A stretch of DNA of 60,911 bases, filler included, from 9 parts of 9 records of this genome joined end to end with filler, not necessarily neighbours in it; one strand, 5' to 3'; shown: positions 1-9,233, counted from the first letter of the whole stretch. Program-made: numbers and translations. Notes: generated from the letters alone by a model not told the origin.

Positions 1-38
1 CGTTTTCGGGCCGACAGGAAAAGAACCGTGCTTATTAT

Positions 39-656
39 TCAATCAATTATGAAGGAGGTGCGTATCGTTTCAAAAAAGTTCTCCATGGTGAACATTTCCG
101 GCGGAATAAAATCCTTGACCGCAATGACCTGGAAATAATGGCTTACAAACATGGCCGCCAAAAAGCGGACGTCCACATCGCTGACCAGGATTCCTTTCTT
201 TTTTGCTGAGGCTAAAACATTTTCAATCGTTTCAATACTGGTTTGCATTATTTCATTGAAATCATCTTCAAACTCGGGATTGTTCTTATAACTCAGCAAG
301 TGGACAAGAAACATGGATTTGTGCGGGTTGTTTTCCACAAAATCTACATACGTTTTTATAATGCCCTTCAAATAAGCTACTTCATCATCCGGGTTGGCCC
401 TATACAATTTCCGGTAGGAGGAAAAAAGTTCGTCCGTGATTGAACGGAAACAGGCTTGAAACAGGGCCTTTTTATTTTTGAAATGTTTATACATGGTCGG
501 TTCGGATATTCCGGCCGCTTTGGCCAATTCGGCCGTGGTCGCCCCGTTGTAGCCCCTGGCGTTAAAAAGGCGGATCGCCTGTTCAAGAATTTCAAAATGC
601 CGTCTCTCATATTCCAGGTATCTTTCCTTGGTCTTCTCAACTATGTTTTTGGCCAT
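39..656 (-). CDS. TetR/AcrR family transcriptional regulator
   Basis: N-terminal TetR HTH (ILEQAIRLFNARGYNGATTAELAKAAGISEPTMYKHFKNK); 205 aa. Confidence 0.93.
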   Translation of the reverse strand: MAKNIVEKTKERYLEYERRHFEILEQAIRLFNARGYNGATTAELAKAAGISEPTMYKHFKNKKALFQACFRSITDELFSSYRKLYRANPDDEVAYLKGIIKTYVDFVENNPHKSMFLVHLLSYKNNPEFEDDFNEIMQTSIETIENVLASAKKKGILVSDVDVRFLAAMFVSHYFQVIAVKDFIPPEMFTMENFFETIRTSFIID

Positions 657-720
657 GATATTACTTAAATCCTGTTTGCTCTTGATGAATACTTGGATAT
701 TAATTAATTGTTAATCCATA

Positions 721-736
721 GTTAGTAGTTACTAAC
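721..736. promoter_or_regulatory. Palindromic operator GTTAGTA-GT-TACTAAC between divergent tetR and trmB
   Basis: Perfect 7-2-7 inverted repeat. It overlaps the expected -10 position of a minus-strand TTGACA (749-754) pointing at tetR. Confidence 0.55.
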
Positions 737-893
737 AAATTTGTGAGCTGTCAAGGACAACTGAGAAATGATTTGATGTAAAAGAAAATATAAGTTATTC
801 TAAATAATTATGAAAAAAGTCGGCGGGGCGCTCCTGCCCGGGACATGCCATGTTTTGCATGCGTCCCATAATACCTGTTAATTGGTCGGGAAA

Positions 894-1682
894 ATGAAAA
901 TTTCGGATAGCTTGTTAAATCTTGGTCTCACCCAGTATGAAATAACCGCGTACCTCGGACTGGTCGGCAAGCATCCGGTCAACGGCTCCCAACTCAGCCG
1001 TAAGACCGGAATACCAAGGGCCAGGATATATGACGTCCTCCATTCGCTTCGGGATAAAGGGCTGGTCGTGGATCTCGACGGCGGGCAGTACGCCCCATTG
1101 CCGCCCAAGGAACTGATTAAAAGGCTGCGCAGCGCTTTTGAAACGGACATATCCAATCTTGAAGATAGAATCAAAAAGTCGGCCGCCCCGGAATCATATG
1201 AATATGTCTGGACTATCAGAGGTTATGAAGAAGTCATGGCCAAGGCCCGGGCCATGATCGAAGCGGCTGAAACGGAGGTTTTCGTCCGCTTGTTTCCCAG
1301 GGAAGGCCGTATGCTGTCCGATGAATTGAATCGGGCTGCCGCGCGCGGCGTTCAGATCAAATACATTTCCATGGGCGGCCGTCAACCTGAATTCGATATA
1401 ATGGTTGTGCATCCGGATGCCGAAAGTATGGAAGACAAACTGGGCGGACGTTCTTTCGACCTGGTCGCAGACCGGCAGGAACTGCTGGTCGGCTTGTTCG
1501 AATCAGGAAATGAAAACGACTCTCCAATAAACTGGGCCAAGAATCACTGGTTTGTTGTGGCCGCTCGGGACAGTCTGCGCCACGACTTTTTCCATTATTT
1601 CCTATATAAAACATACGATCTCAAGGAAGAACTGACGGAAAAGGAAAAAGATATATACGAACTGATCTCCGGCGACTATTGA
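894..1682 (+). CDS. TrmB family transcriptional regulator
   Basis: TrmB HTH (LGLTQYEITAYLGL...SRKTGIPRARIYDVLHSL) plus C-terminal effector domain. ATG 894 preferred over TTG 882. Confidence 0.9.
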   Translation: MKISDSLLNLGLTQYEITAYLGLVGKHPVNGSQLSRKTGIPRARIYDVLHSLRDKGLVVDLDGGQYAPLPPKELIKRLRSAFETDISNLEDRIKKSAAPESYEYVWTIRGYEEVMAKARAMIEAAETEVFVRLFPREGRMLSDELNRAAARGVQIKYISMGGRQPEFDIMVVHPDAESMEDKLGGRSFDLVADRQELLVGLFESGNENDSPINWAKNHWFVVAARDSLRHDFFHYFLYKTYDLKEELTEKEKDIYELISGDY

Positions 1683-1733
1683 AATATCAGAATTTCACAT
1701 CCTTACAATGAGACCAGCGCTGCCGGCTTTGCT

Positions 1734-2873
1734 TTATTTACTTCTGATATCCGAAGCCATTTCCCTGGCGATAATATAGCGTTGTATCTGGTTGGCGCCC
1801 TCGAAAATTTGAGTGAGCTTGGCGTCCCTGAACATTCTTTCAAGCGGAAAATCTTTTATATACCCGTACCCTCCCAATATTTGGACCATATCCGTGGTCA
1901 CTTTCATGGCCATGTCGCTGCAAAAGCACTTGGCCATAGATGCAAGCCTGGTGTTTCTGTTTTTAGTGTCGTAGGCCAAGGCTGCTTTTTCCATCAGCCC
2001 CCGCCCGGCTTCTATTTGCATGGCCGCGTCCGCGAACATAAACGCTATCGCCTGGTGATCCAGCAGCGGCTTGCCGAATGTCATCCTTTCATTCGCATAA
2101 GGCAAGGCCTGCTCGAGAGCGCCCTCGGCAATCCCGAGCGCCAGCGCAGCCACCGTGGGCCTGGACATATCAAAGTCGGCCATGGAAATCAAAAAGCCGT
2201 CCCCCGGAGATCCCAGCAGGTTGGTCTTGGGCACGCAAACGTCATCCAGTATAACCTCGGCTGTATTACTTCCCCTGAAGCCGCATTTGTCCTCTATTTT
2301 TCCTATTTCAACCCCTTTTCGATCCCGCTCCACAATAAAAAATGAAAGCTCTTCCGGACCTGTCCTCGCCAACACCGAATATAACCCGGCCACGGCGCCG
2401 TTGGTGGCGAATACCTTTCTGCCGCTGATTACATAATTATCTCCCTGTATTTCAGCTTTAGTGGATACGGCCGCCACATCGGAGCCGGCTCCGGGCTCGG
2501 TCACCAAATAACCCATCAGTTTTTTTTCCGTGGATATCATGGGGAAATATTTTTCTTTTTGCTCGTCACTGCCTGCATGAATCAGGGGGAAGCTGCCCAC
2601 CGCCTGAATAACCAGCATTAAGGCCGTGGATGCGCATACCTTGGCAACCTCTTCCACGCACAGGCAAAGAGTGTAACCAGGGTTATCCGGCCATCCGCCG
2701 TATTCCTCGGGCAACAATATCTTCAAAAGGCCCAGATCCCACAACAGGTCCGCCGCCTCCCGGTCAAACACCCCTTCAAGGTCGGTTTTCGCCGCCTTGG
2801 GACCGATTTCCTCACGGGCCGCCCGTTTTACGCTTTCCAATAGAATCTTCTGCTCGGATGACAATTCAAACAT
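1734..2873 (-). CDS. Acyl-CoA dehydrogenase
   Basis: TEPGAGSD, GRKVFATNG, ERMTFGKPL, QILGGYGY, QIFEGANQIQR with conventional catalytic Glu; GGAGG RBS. Confidence 0.95.
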   Translation of the reverse strand: MFELSSEQKILLESVKRAAREEIGPKAAKTDLEGVFDREAADLLWDLGLLKILLPEEYGGWPDNPGYTLCLCVEEVAKVCASTALMLVIQAVGSFPLIHAGSDEQKEKYFPMISTEKKLMGYLVTEPGAGSDVAAVSTKAEIQGDNYVISGRKVFATNGAVAGLYSVLARTGPEELSFFIVERDRKGVEIGKIEDKCGFRGSNTAEVILDDVCVPKTNLLGSPGDGFLISMADFDMSRPTVAALALGIAEGALEQALPYANERMTFGKPLLDHQAIAFMFADAAMQIEAGRGLMEKAALAYDTKNRNTRLASMAKCFCSDMAMKVTTDMVQILGGYGYIKDFPLERMFRDAKLTQIFEGANQIQRYIIAREMASDIRSK

Positions 2874-2968
2874 GAATGATTTAACCTCCCGGCAACGGTC
2901 TGTTAAAGCGCCCGGCGCCGCCCTGGCCGGTAATTACGCTTCTTTTTCAACTTGTTTTCGGATTAACG

Positions 2969-3002
2969 ATTCAACACTATCTTTTGCAGGTTGAATAGTC
3001 AA
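2969..3002 (-). promoter_or_regulatory. Putative sigma70 promoter of the acyl-CoA dehydrogenase with overlapping inverted repeat
   Basis: Minus strand TTGACT-17-TAGTGT (3002-2974); ATTCAAC-N14-GTTGAAT at 2969-2996. Confidence 0.45.
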
Positions 3003-3053
3003 GAATTCCGGGCATCCAATGGCTTGGCGCCCTGGCAATATTGAATTCAATTT

Positions 3054-3079
3054 GTAGCGGCGCGCCTCTGTGGGCGCCG
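3054..3079 (+). repeat. Possible GTAG-type REP-like hairpin
   Basis: GTAG followed by CGGCGC-N10-GCGCCG stem-loop in an intergenic region; single copy only. Confidence 0.3.
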
Positions 3080-3118
3080 AATTATCAAACTCGTCCCTTA
3101 CAAATGGTTTCTAATCAA

Positions 3119-3147
3119 TTGACATAGAGTTCAATGGCTGCTATAAT
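3119..3147 (+). promoter_or_regulatory. Consensus sigma70 promoter of the aminotransferase-AOR-moaD operon
   Basis: Perfect TTGACA (3119-3124), 17 bp spacer, TATAAT (3142-3147). Confidence 0.85.
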
Positions 3148-3169
3148 GTTACCCGGTTAGTAGTAACAT
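3146..3169. promoter_or_regulatory. Operator-like inverted repeat ATGTTAC-N10-GTAACAT
   Basis: Overlaps the -10 box and transcription start region; contains GTTAGTAGT, also present at 721-729. Confidence 0.55.
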
Positions 3170-3196
3170 AATGTGTCTCGAAAAAGGAGGGGCAAT

Positions 3197-4543
3197 ATGC
3201 ACAAGGTAAGTCATCCCAAGCTCGTTACGGAACTTCCCGGCCCGAAGGCCAGGGCGGTTCTGGAAAAAGACAAACGTTATATCTCTCCTTCATACACCCG
3301 CGGATATCCACTGGTCATAGAAAAAGGCGAAGGCGTCATTGTCACGGACGTTGACGGCAACACCTTTCTGGATTTCACATCTGGAATCGCGGTCTGCAAC
3401 ACCGGCCACGTACACCCCGAAGTCGTCGAAGCCATTGTCGACCAAACCCAAAAGTTTATCCACATGTCCGGAACGGATTTCTATTACCAAATCCAGGCCG
3501 AATTGGCGGAAAAGTTGGCCGGATTCGCCAAGGGCGATAACGGCCGGAAAGTCTTTTATTGCAACTCGGGCGCCGAAGCCATTGAAGCCGCCCTCAAGCT
3601 GGCCCGATATCATGCTAAAAGAACCAGGGTCCTTTCCTTTTTCGGCAGTTTCCACGGCCGGACCATGGGCGCTTTATCCCTGTCCGCGAGTAAAGCCATC
3701 CATGAAAAAGGCTTCGCTCCCCTGGTTCCCGGAGTAAGCCATATACCTTACGCCTATTGTTACCGCTGCCCCTATAATTTAAAATACCCGGCCTGCGACG
3801 CCTATTGCGTGGACTGGATACGGGAAGACCTTTTCAAAAGGTCTATTCCGCCGGACGAAGTTGCCGCCATATTCGTGGAACCCATTCAGGGTGAAGGCGG
3901 ATACGTGGTTCCCCCCAAGCTTTTTCATCAAAAATTATACGAACTCTGCAAGGAATTCGAAATACTCTACGTAGCCGATGAAATTCAGACCGGCATGGGC
4001 CGAACGGGTAAAATGCTGGCCTGCGATCATTTTGATATCGATCCGGATATATTCACCCTGGCCAAGGGAATAGCATCGGGCATGCCTCTGGGCGCCATGA
4101 CGGCCCGTGAATCTATAATGAACTGGGTGCCGGGCTCCCACGCCTCGACATTCGGCGGCAATCCCGTTAGCTGCCGCGCGGCCATAGCCACCATAAAAGT
4201 ATTGGAAGACGGCTTGATTGACAATGCCGCGGCCATGGGTGAATATTTAAGAAACGGATTGTATGAACTGCAAAAGAATCACAGGCTCATCGGCGATATC
4301 AGGGGCCTGGGACTCATGACAGCCATAGAACTTGTCCGCGACCGGGAAAAGAAAACCAAGGCTGTTGAAGAACGCAACCAGACCGTTAATAACGCCTTTT
4401 CCAAGGGACTCCTTTTATTGGGCTGCGGCGAAAATTCCATCCGCTTCATACCCGCACTCATGGTTGACCGGGAAGATATAGATACATGTCTTTCCATATT
4501 GGATGAAACCCTAACGGAAATCGAAGCCAGTTGCTTCGAATAG
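3197..4543 (+). CDS. Class-III PLP aminotransferase (4-aminobutyrate/acetylornithine family)
   Basis: NSGAEAIEAA, SFHGRTMG, EPIQGEGG, DEIQTGMGRTG, TLAKG (PLP lysine), STFGGNP; AGGAGG RBS before ATG 3197. Confidence 0.93.
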   Translation: MHKVSHPKLVTELPGPKARAVLEKDKRYISPSYTRGYPLVIEKGEGVIVTDVDGNTFLDFTSGIAVCNTGHVHPEVVEAIVDQTQKFIHMSGTDFYYQIQAELAEKLAGFAKGDNGRKVFYCNSGAEAIEAALKLARYHAKRTRVLSFFGSFHGRTMGALSLSASKAIHEKGFAPLVPGVSHIPYAYCYRCPYNLKYPACDAYCVDWIREDLFKRSIPPDEVAAIFVEPIQGEGGYVVPPKLFHQKLYELCKEFEILYVADEIQTGMGRTGKMLACDHFDIDPDIFTLAKGIASGMPLGAMTARESIMNWVPGSHASTFGGNPVSCRAAIATIKVLEDGLIDNAAAMGEYLRNGLYELQKNHRLIGDIRGLGLMTAIELVRDREKKTKAVEERNQTVNNAFSKGLLLLGCGENSIRFIPALMVDREDIDTCLSILDETLTEIEASCFE

Positions 4544-4556
4544 ATGGAGGCGATCC

Positions 4557-6386
4557 ATGTCCGGCTGGATGGGTAAGGTATTACGGGTTAATCTGACCAC
4601 TGGTGTAATAAAAGACGAAGCCCTTGATCCGAAAGTCGCCAAGGACTTTATCGGCGGCCGTGGTCTGGGCGTATACTACCTTTTAAAAGAAATGGCCCCC
4701 GGGTGCGACCCATTGTCTCCTGAAAACATAATGGTTATGGCTACAGGTCCCCTGACCGGGACCAAGGCTCCAACCGGCGCCCGTTACATGGTCGTGACCA
4801 AGTCGCCTCTTACCGGTGCTATCACCTGTTCAAACTCGGGAGGGTTTTTTCCGACCCACTTTAAAAGAACCGGTTTCGACGCCTTTATTTTCGAAGGGAA
4901 ATCTCCGCATCCGGTATACCTGTATGTTGAAGACGGCCGGGCCGAATTACGCCCGTCCGATCATCTGGCCGGTAAAACAACCCACGAAACAGATGACCTG
5001 ATCCGGGCCGAAACCGATGAAAAAGTAAAAATAGCCTGTATCGGTCCGGCCGGCGAAAAGGGCGTTCTATTCGCTTCCATCATGAACGACAGGGACCGCG
5101 CCGCGGGGCGTTCCGGCGTGGGCGCGGTTATGGGTTCAAAAAATCTCAAGGCCGTGGCCGTCAGAGGAACCCAAAGCATACCCCTTCACGATGAGAACAG
5201 ATTCAATGAATATTGTGGCGAAATAGTCGGCGCCTTCAAGGACGCAGCAAAAATCAATCCTCCTTCCCTGAGAATCAACGGCACTGCCGGCGTAGTGGCC
5301 GTCACCCAGAGCTTCGGAGTATTGCCGACCAAAAACTGGCAGCAAGGGGTGTTCGAACACTGGGAATCCATACATGGGGAAACCCTGACCAAAACATACC
5401 TGGTCAGTAATAAAGCTTGTTTTTCGTGCCCAATCGCTTGCGGCCGAGTGACAAAAGTGGAAGTCCCCGGGTTCGAAGGGGAAGGGGAGGGGCCTGAATA
5501 CGAAACAATTTACGCCCTCGGGTCCAACTGCTGCGTGGGCAGCCTGGCCGCTGTCGCCAAGGCCAATTACGTCTGTAATGAACTAGGGCTCGATACCATA
5601 ACCATGGGCGCGACCATTGCCTGCGCCATGGAAATGTATGAAAAAGGAATAATTACCGAAGAAGAAATTGGCCGCCCGCTTAATTTCGGCGATGCCGAAG
5701 GTCTTGTGGAAATGACCCGTCTTACCGGTCTGCGCCAGGGATTCGGCGATATGCTCGCCCTGGGCAGCAAGCGACTGGCCGAGCATTACGGCCGCCCGGA
5801 CCTGGCCATGCATGCCAAGGGACAGGAATTCCCCGGTTATGAACCCAGAGGTGAACAGGGAATGGGCCTGGCCTACGCCACTTCCCCAATAGGCGGCTCC
5901 CACATGAGGGGCGATCCGGCCTATTTCGAACTTTTCGGCATTCCAGAACCAATGGATCCGCATTCCTGGGAAGATAAACCCCCCGTGGTGGCCAAATGGC
6001 AGGATCTTTCCGCTATTATAGATTCCGCGGGCCTGTGCATTTTTTTCGCCACCCGCAGTCTCATCCGGCCCAAGTTGACCGCCGAACCGGAAGGAATACT
6101 CAATTTACTCAACCTGGCAACAGGCGCCGAATACAGCCTGGATGAGCTTGAAAAAGCAGGGGAACGCATCTTTAACGCGGAGCGACTCTTTTTGAACCGG
6201 GCTGGTTTTTCACGACAACAAGACGCCCTGCCGGATCGACTCACCAGGGAGCCCATGCCCGAAGGCCCGTCAAAAGGCATGGTCTGCCACCTGGAAGAAA
6301 TGCTCGACCCCTATTACAATGTCAGGGGCTGGAACAGCCAGGGCGCTCCGACCGAACAGAAACTCAATCAGTTGGGGCTGGCCTGA
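4557..6386 (+). CDS. aor: Tungsten-dependent aldehyde:ferredoxin oxidoreductase (AOR family)
   Basis: KSPLTG, IGPAGE, GRSGVGAVMGSKNLKA, CFSCPIAC and DSAGLC Fe-S ligands, GPEYET, YEPRG. Confidence 0.93.
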   Translation: MSGWMGKVLRVNLTTGVIKDEALDPKVAKDFIGGRGLGVYYLLKEMAPGCDPLSPENIMVMATGPLTGTKAPTGARYMVVTKSPLTGAITCSNSGGFFPTHFKRTGFDAFIFEGKSPHPVYLYVEDGRAELRPSDHLAGKTTHETDDLIRAETDEKVKIACIGPAGEKGVLFASIMNDRDRAAGRSGVGAVMGSKNLKAVAVRGTQSIPLHDENRFNEYCGEIVGAFKDAAKINPPSLRINGTAGVVAVTQSFGVLPTKNWQQGVFEHWESIHGETLTKTYLVSNKACFSCPIACGRVTKVEVPGFEGEGEGPEYETIYALGSNCCVGSLAAVAKANYVCNELGLDTITMGATIACAMEMYEKGIITEEEIGRPLNFGDAEGLVEMTRLTGLRQGFGDMLALGSKRLAEHYGRPDLAMHAKGQEFPGYEPRGEQGMGLAYATSPIGGSHMRGDPAYFELFGIPEPMDPHSWEDKPPVVAKWQDLSAIIDSAGLCIFFATRSLIRPKLTAEPEGILNLLNLATGAEYSLDELEKAGERIFNAERLFLNRAGFSRQQDALPDRLTREPMPEGPSKGMVCHLEEMLDPYYNVRGWNSQGAPTEQKLNQLGLA

Positions 6387-6389
6387 AAA

Positions 6390-6623
6390 ATGCTTATAGA
6401 CGTCCGGTTATTGTTTCATCTGCGCAAATATGCAGGCCATGATTCAGGCCGGACGTCCCTTGAATTACCGGAAGGCGCAACCATCGACCATTTAAAAAAA
6501 ATATTGGCCATTCCGGATACTCAAAAAACAACCGTCCTGGTCAACGGGCGGCGCGCTGTCGAAGGACGCGTCCTTGAAAACAACGACCAAATAACCTTTT
6601 TCCCGCCTGTTGACGGCGGCTGA
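6390..6623 (+). CDS. MoaD/ThiS family sulfur carrier
   Basis: 77 aa ubiquitin-like protein ending FPPVDGG, directly after aor. Confidence 0.9.
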   Translation: MLIDVRLLFHLRKYAGHDSGRTSLELPEGATIDHLKKILAIPDTQKTTVLVNGRRAVEGRVLENNDQITFFPPVDGG

Positions 6624-6754
6624 ACCATTTCCTCACCCAAATTCCATTATCAGTTGACAGCATCCGAATAGAATACTATTAGTCTTATTTTTGTAATGGA
6701 CAATCCCTTGTCCATAATCACATCTTCTGCAAAAATAATGTCGGGAGAATTATA

Positions 6755-7447
6755 ATGGCCGATTACTACGAATATAAAAAAGAAGTATTGGAATACGCCC
6801 GCAAATTATCATCCCAGGGATTTTTCGGAACCGCAACCGGCACGGGCGGCAATGTGTCCCTGCGCATCGACGGTGCAGACGCTGTCGCGGTTACTCCTTC
6901 AAGTCTTAAATACGACGAAATAACTCCGGATGACATCTGTATCGTCAACAGCGACTTTGAACTCATCGAAGGACCGCACAATCCTTCCGTTGAAACCAAA
7001 ATGCATCTGGCCGTATATAAACACAGGCTGGACGCGAATGCGGTTATTCACACCCATCAGATCAACGCAAGCGTGTTCACCCTCATTAACAAGGGCATTC
7101 CCGCACTATTTGATGAAGCCGCCCTGGCCATGGGTCCGGAAGCCGAAATCGTTCCCTACGCCTTGTCAGGCAGCCCTGAACTGATCGACAACCTGGTCGC
7201 CAAGCTCGATAATCGCTGCAGCAGCTACCTGCTGCAAAATCACGGCGTCGTGTCCCTGGGCGTCGACCTGGCCAAGGCATATCATTGCACCGAATTGTTG
7301 GAAAAAACAGCCAAAATCTATTTGGCGGCTCTTGCAACAGGTCAAGAAGTCACTACTCTGCCCGGCGATATGGTCGACCTTCTTTTTCTTATACTTAAAA
7401 GTGAACAGGACAAGGAAATAGCCAGAAAAAAAGGCGAAACCGCCTGA
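6755..7447 (+). CDS. Class II aldolase/adducin family protein (FucA-like)
   Basis: GGNVS, TPSS, PSVETKMH, HTH and QNHG zinc-binding motifs. Confidence 0.9.
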   Translation: MADYYEYKKEVLEYARKLSSQGFFGTATGTGGNVSLRIDGADAVAVTPSSLKYDEITPDDICIVNSDFELIEGPHNPSVETKMHLAVYKHRLDANAVIHTHQINASVFTLINKGIPALFDEAALAMGPEAEIVPYALSGSPELIDNLVAKLDNRCSSYLLQNHGVVSLGVDLAKAYHCTELLEKTAKIYLAALATGQEVTTLPGDMVDLLFLILKSEQDKEIARKKGETA

Positions 7448-7486
7448 CAGGCTTCGCCCTGATTATAATATTTTATTAATGGCGCC

Positions 7487-7521
7487 GGGGAACGGGATTA
7501 AGTGATTCTTCCCTGTTCCCC
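7487..7521. terminator. Possible hairpin terminator between convergent genes
   Basis: GGGGAACGGGA...TCCCTGTTCCCC stem with one bulge. Confidence 0.35.
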
Positions 7522-7522
7522 C

Positions 7523-8110
7523 TTACTTGTTCTTCCCTTTACCTTTACCCTTGCCTTTGCTTTTCGTCTTTTTCTTGTTAACTTTAGATTTTTTCCAGTC
7601 GTCATTCTTGTTCTTGTGGCCCACGCCTAATGAACCGGGATGCATGCCCATTTCCTTGGCGATAACTCCCCAGCCTTTTCCGGTTTTCCTCAGTTCCCTT
7701 ATTTTCGAAGGTTCAACTCCCAGGTTTTGGGCCGAAACCTCAACCCTGGCCGCTTCGAGTTTTATCTCCAGGTTTTCCAGGTTCTTGACCGCCTCTTCTA
7801 TTTTCTCCGCCTTTTCTCCGATCCTCTTCATTTCATCAATGGCTTCCCTGGCTTTTACAACTTCCTTGAGAACCGGTTCCACGGCCTTGTCAATAACTGC
7901 GTCGACAGGGTCGAGAATATCAGTGTCCACGGAAACGCTGACCCCGGCGGCCAATGCATTAAATGACATTGAGATAAAAAAGAAAAAAATACCAATGGCT
8001 GTAAAAGCCTTAATCACGCCGACTAATTTAATATTACTATTATTCATCACAACCAGGGCCTCCTCGGATTGTTCATGTTTTAATAATACTCCAATCACAT
8101 ACGACTTCAA
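7523..8110 (-). CDS. Exported/membrane-anchored hypothetical protein with GWGVIAKEMGMHPG motif and Lys-rich tail
   Basis: Hydrophobic signal ending ALA, coiled-coil core, basic KGKGKG C-terminus. True start may be downstream (MNNSN...). Confidence 0.65.
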   Translation of the reverse strand: MKSYVIGVLLKHEQSEEALVVMNNSNIKLVGVIKAFTAIGIFFFFISMSFNALAAGVSVSVDTDILDPVDAVIDKAVEPVLKEVVKAREAIDEMKRIGEKAEKIEEAVKNLENLEIKLEAARVEVSAQNLGVEPSKIRELRKTGKGWGVIAKEMGMHPGSLGVGHKNKNDDWKKSKVNKKKTKSKGKGKGKGKNK

Positions 8111-8338
8111 CGCATGGTCACTTGAAAACAGTCTAAAGTCATGAGAGTAACAGCAGCTTCAAGCCGTCGGCGCTCAATTCCGGTTAGCCGCTTGTCTGTT
8201 AAACCCATGAAATTGAAATCCGAATCTAAGATCATTTTGCTTCATTCGTAAAATTAATATCATGATATGTTATCATCCGGTAGGAATTGTAAATGAATAT
8301 GATGAGGAATAATTTTGTAATGTCATCAAGGAGGACAT

Positions 8339-8695
8339 ATGCGCAGCTATCTAAAAATCCTTATTATCTCTCTGGGGTTGGCATTACTTATCTCGCCAAT
8401 CGCCATGGCCATGGACGCGGAAAAAATCAAGGAAGAAAAAAGGCCTGTTATCGGTAAGATCCTGATTGAGTTTGACGAAAGCGTAAATACGGAGAGCGTT
8501 TATATAATCGAAGCCAAAACCGGAAAAAAAATATGGCTGGAAATGTTGCGTGAAATTAAAGGCGACTTTAAGAACTTTTTACAAAAGGCCTCTAAAAGCG
8601 GCAAAAATGTAAAACTGACCGGCGTTGTTGAATATTGGACGGACGGGATGGTTATGAGGCCGTCGAGGGTCGTTAAATACGAAGTAATAAAGTAA
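8339..8695 (+). CDS. Small exported hypothetical protein
   Basis: Strong AAGGAGGA RBS; signal peptide MRSYLKILIISLGLALLISPIAMA. Confidence 0.75.
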   Translation: MRSYLKILIISLGLALLISPIAMAMDAEKIKEEKRPVIGKILIEFDESVNTESVYIIEAKTGKKIWLEMLREIKGDFKNFLQKASKSGKNVKLTGVVEYWTDGMVMRPSRVVKYEVIK

Positions 8696-8710
8696 AAAGA
8701 CGGATATAAT

Positions 8711-9037
8711 TCAGGCTTTGCCCGAAATAGCCTTCTGAGCCGCTTCCCTGACATATTCGTCAGCGTCTGATTCAGCCGCTTTTTCCAATATGGGCAAAGC
8801 CTTCTTGCTCCCCATCTCGCCCAATACTTCGGCTGCTCTTTCCCTGACCATGGGGTGCTCGTCATTTTGAAGAGCATCAATAAGAAATTCAACAGATTTT
8901 GTCGGTTCAATCCTGTTCATATCGTCAATAATCATAGTCCGGATGTTCCATTGATGGTCTGTTTTCAAAGCCTTGAGCAGCGCCTCATACGCTGTTGGGT
9001 TTTTGCCATGCACCGCCATTTCAATCAAGGCTTTGCA
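8711..9037 (-). CDS. HEAT/PBS-lyase repeat protein, 5'-truncated
   Basis: Repeats such as VRERAAEVLGEMG and VREAAQKAI; frame is open to the contig edge. Confidence 0.8.
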   Translation of the reverse strand, partial: CKALIEMAVHGKNPTAYEALLKALKTDHQWNIRTMIIDDMNRIEPTKSVEFLIDALQNDEHPMVRERAAEVLGEMGSKKALPILEKAAESDADEYVREAAQKAISGKA

Positions 9038-9137
9038 NNNNNNNNNNNNNNNNNNNNNNNNNNNNNNNNNNNNNNNNNNNNTTAATTAATTAANNNNNNN
9101 NNNNNNNNNNNNNNNNNNNNNNNNNNNNNNNNNNNNN
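9038..9137. other. Artificial contig spacer
   Basis: 44 N + TTAATTAATTAA (stops in six frames) + 44 N. Confidence 0.99.
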
Positions 9138-9169
9138 TCCTCGAACCAGTAGATCCATTTTGATTCCAT
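9138..9169 (-). CDS. First codons (MESKWIYWFE) of a probable PEP/pyruvate-binding (PpsB-like) subunit, truncated
   Basis: ATG at 9169 after purine-rich GGAGAAAGGG. The WIYWFE start resembles PEP-synthase nucleotide-binding domains, and it lies directly downstream of the PpsA-like gene. Confidence 0.6.
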
Positions 9170-9233
9170 GCGGATCAAACCCTTTCTCCGTCGGAGCGGC
9201 CGCCCCGAAAGCCGCCCCGGCAATTTTCCGCTT

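Noticed and set aside
1734-2873. Assigning the ACAD as cyclohex-1-ene-carbonyl-CoA dehydrogenase from the KVCASTALML segment
   Set aside because: It has IQAVG rather than an Asp-containing motif and keeps the conventional C-terminal Glu; substrate cannot be assigned.
7527-8144. 205-aa hydrophobic plus-strand ORF
   Set aside because: Mirror of the Lys/Glu-rich minus-strand gene; its F/L/S composition is the expected antisense artefact.
8146-8204. attC-like imperfect hairpin (TAAC...GTTAAAC)
   Set aside because: Poor L-box pairing, lies between divergent gene starts rather than after a cassette, and no integrase is present.
9082-9093. Recurrent TTAATTAATTAA as a biological repeat or CRISPR unit
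   Set aside because: Always centred in 88 Ns; a synthetic six-frame stop linker.
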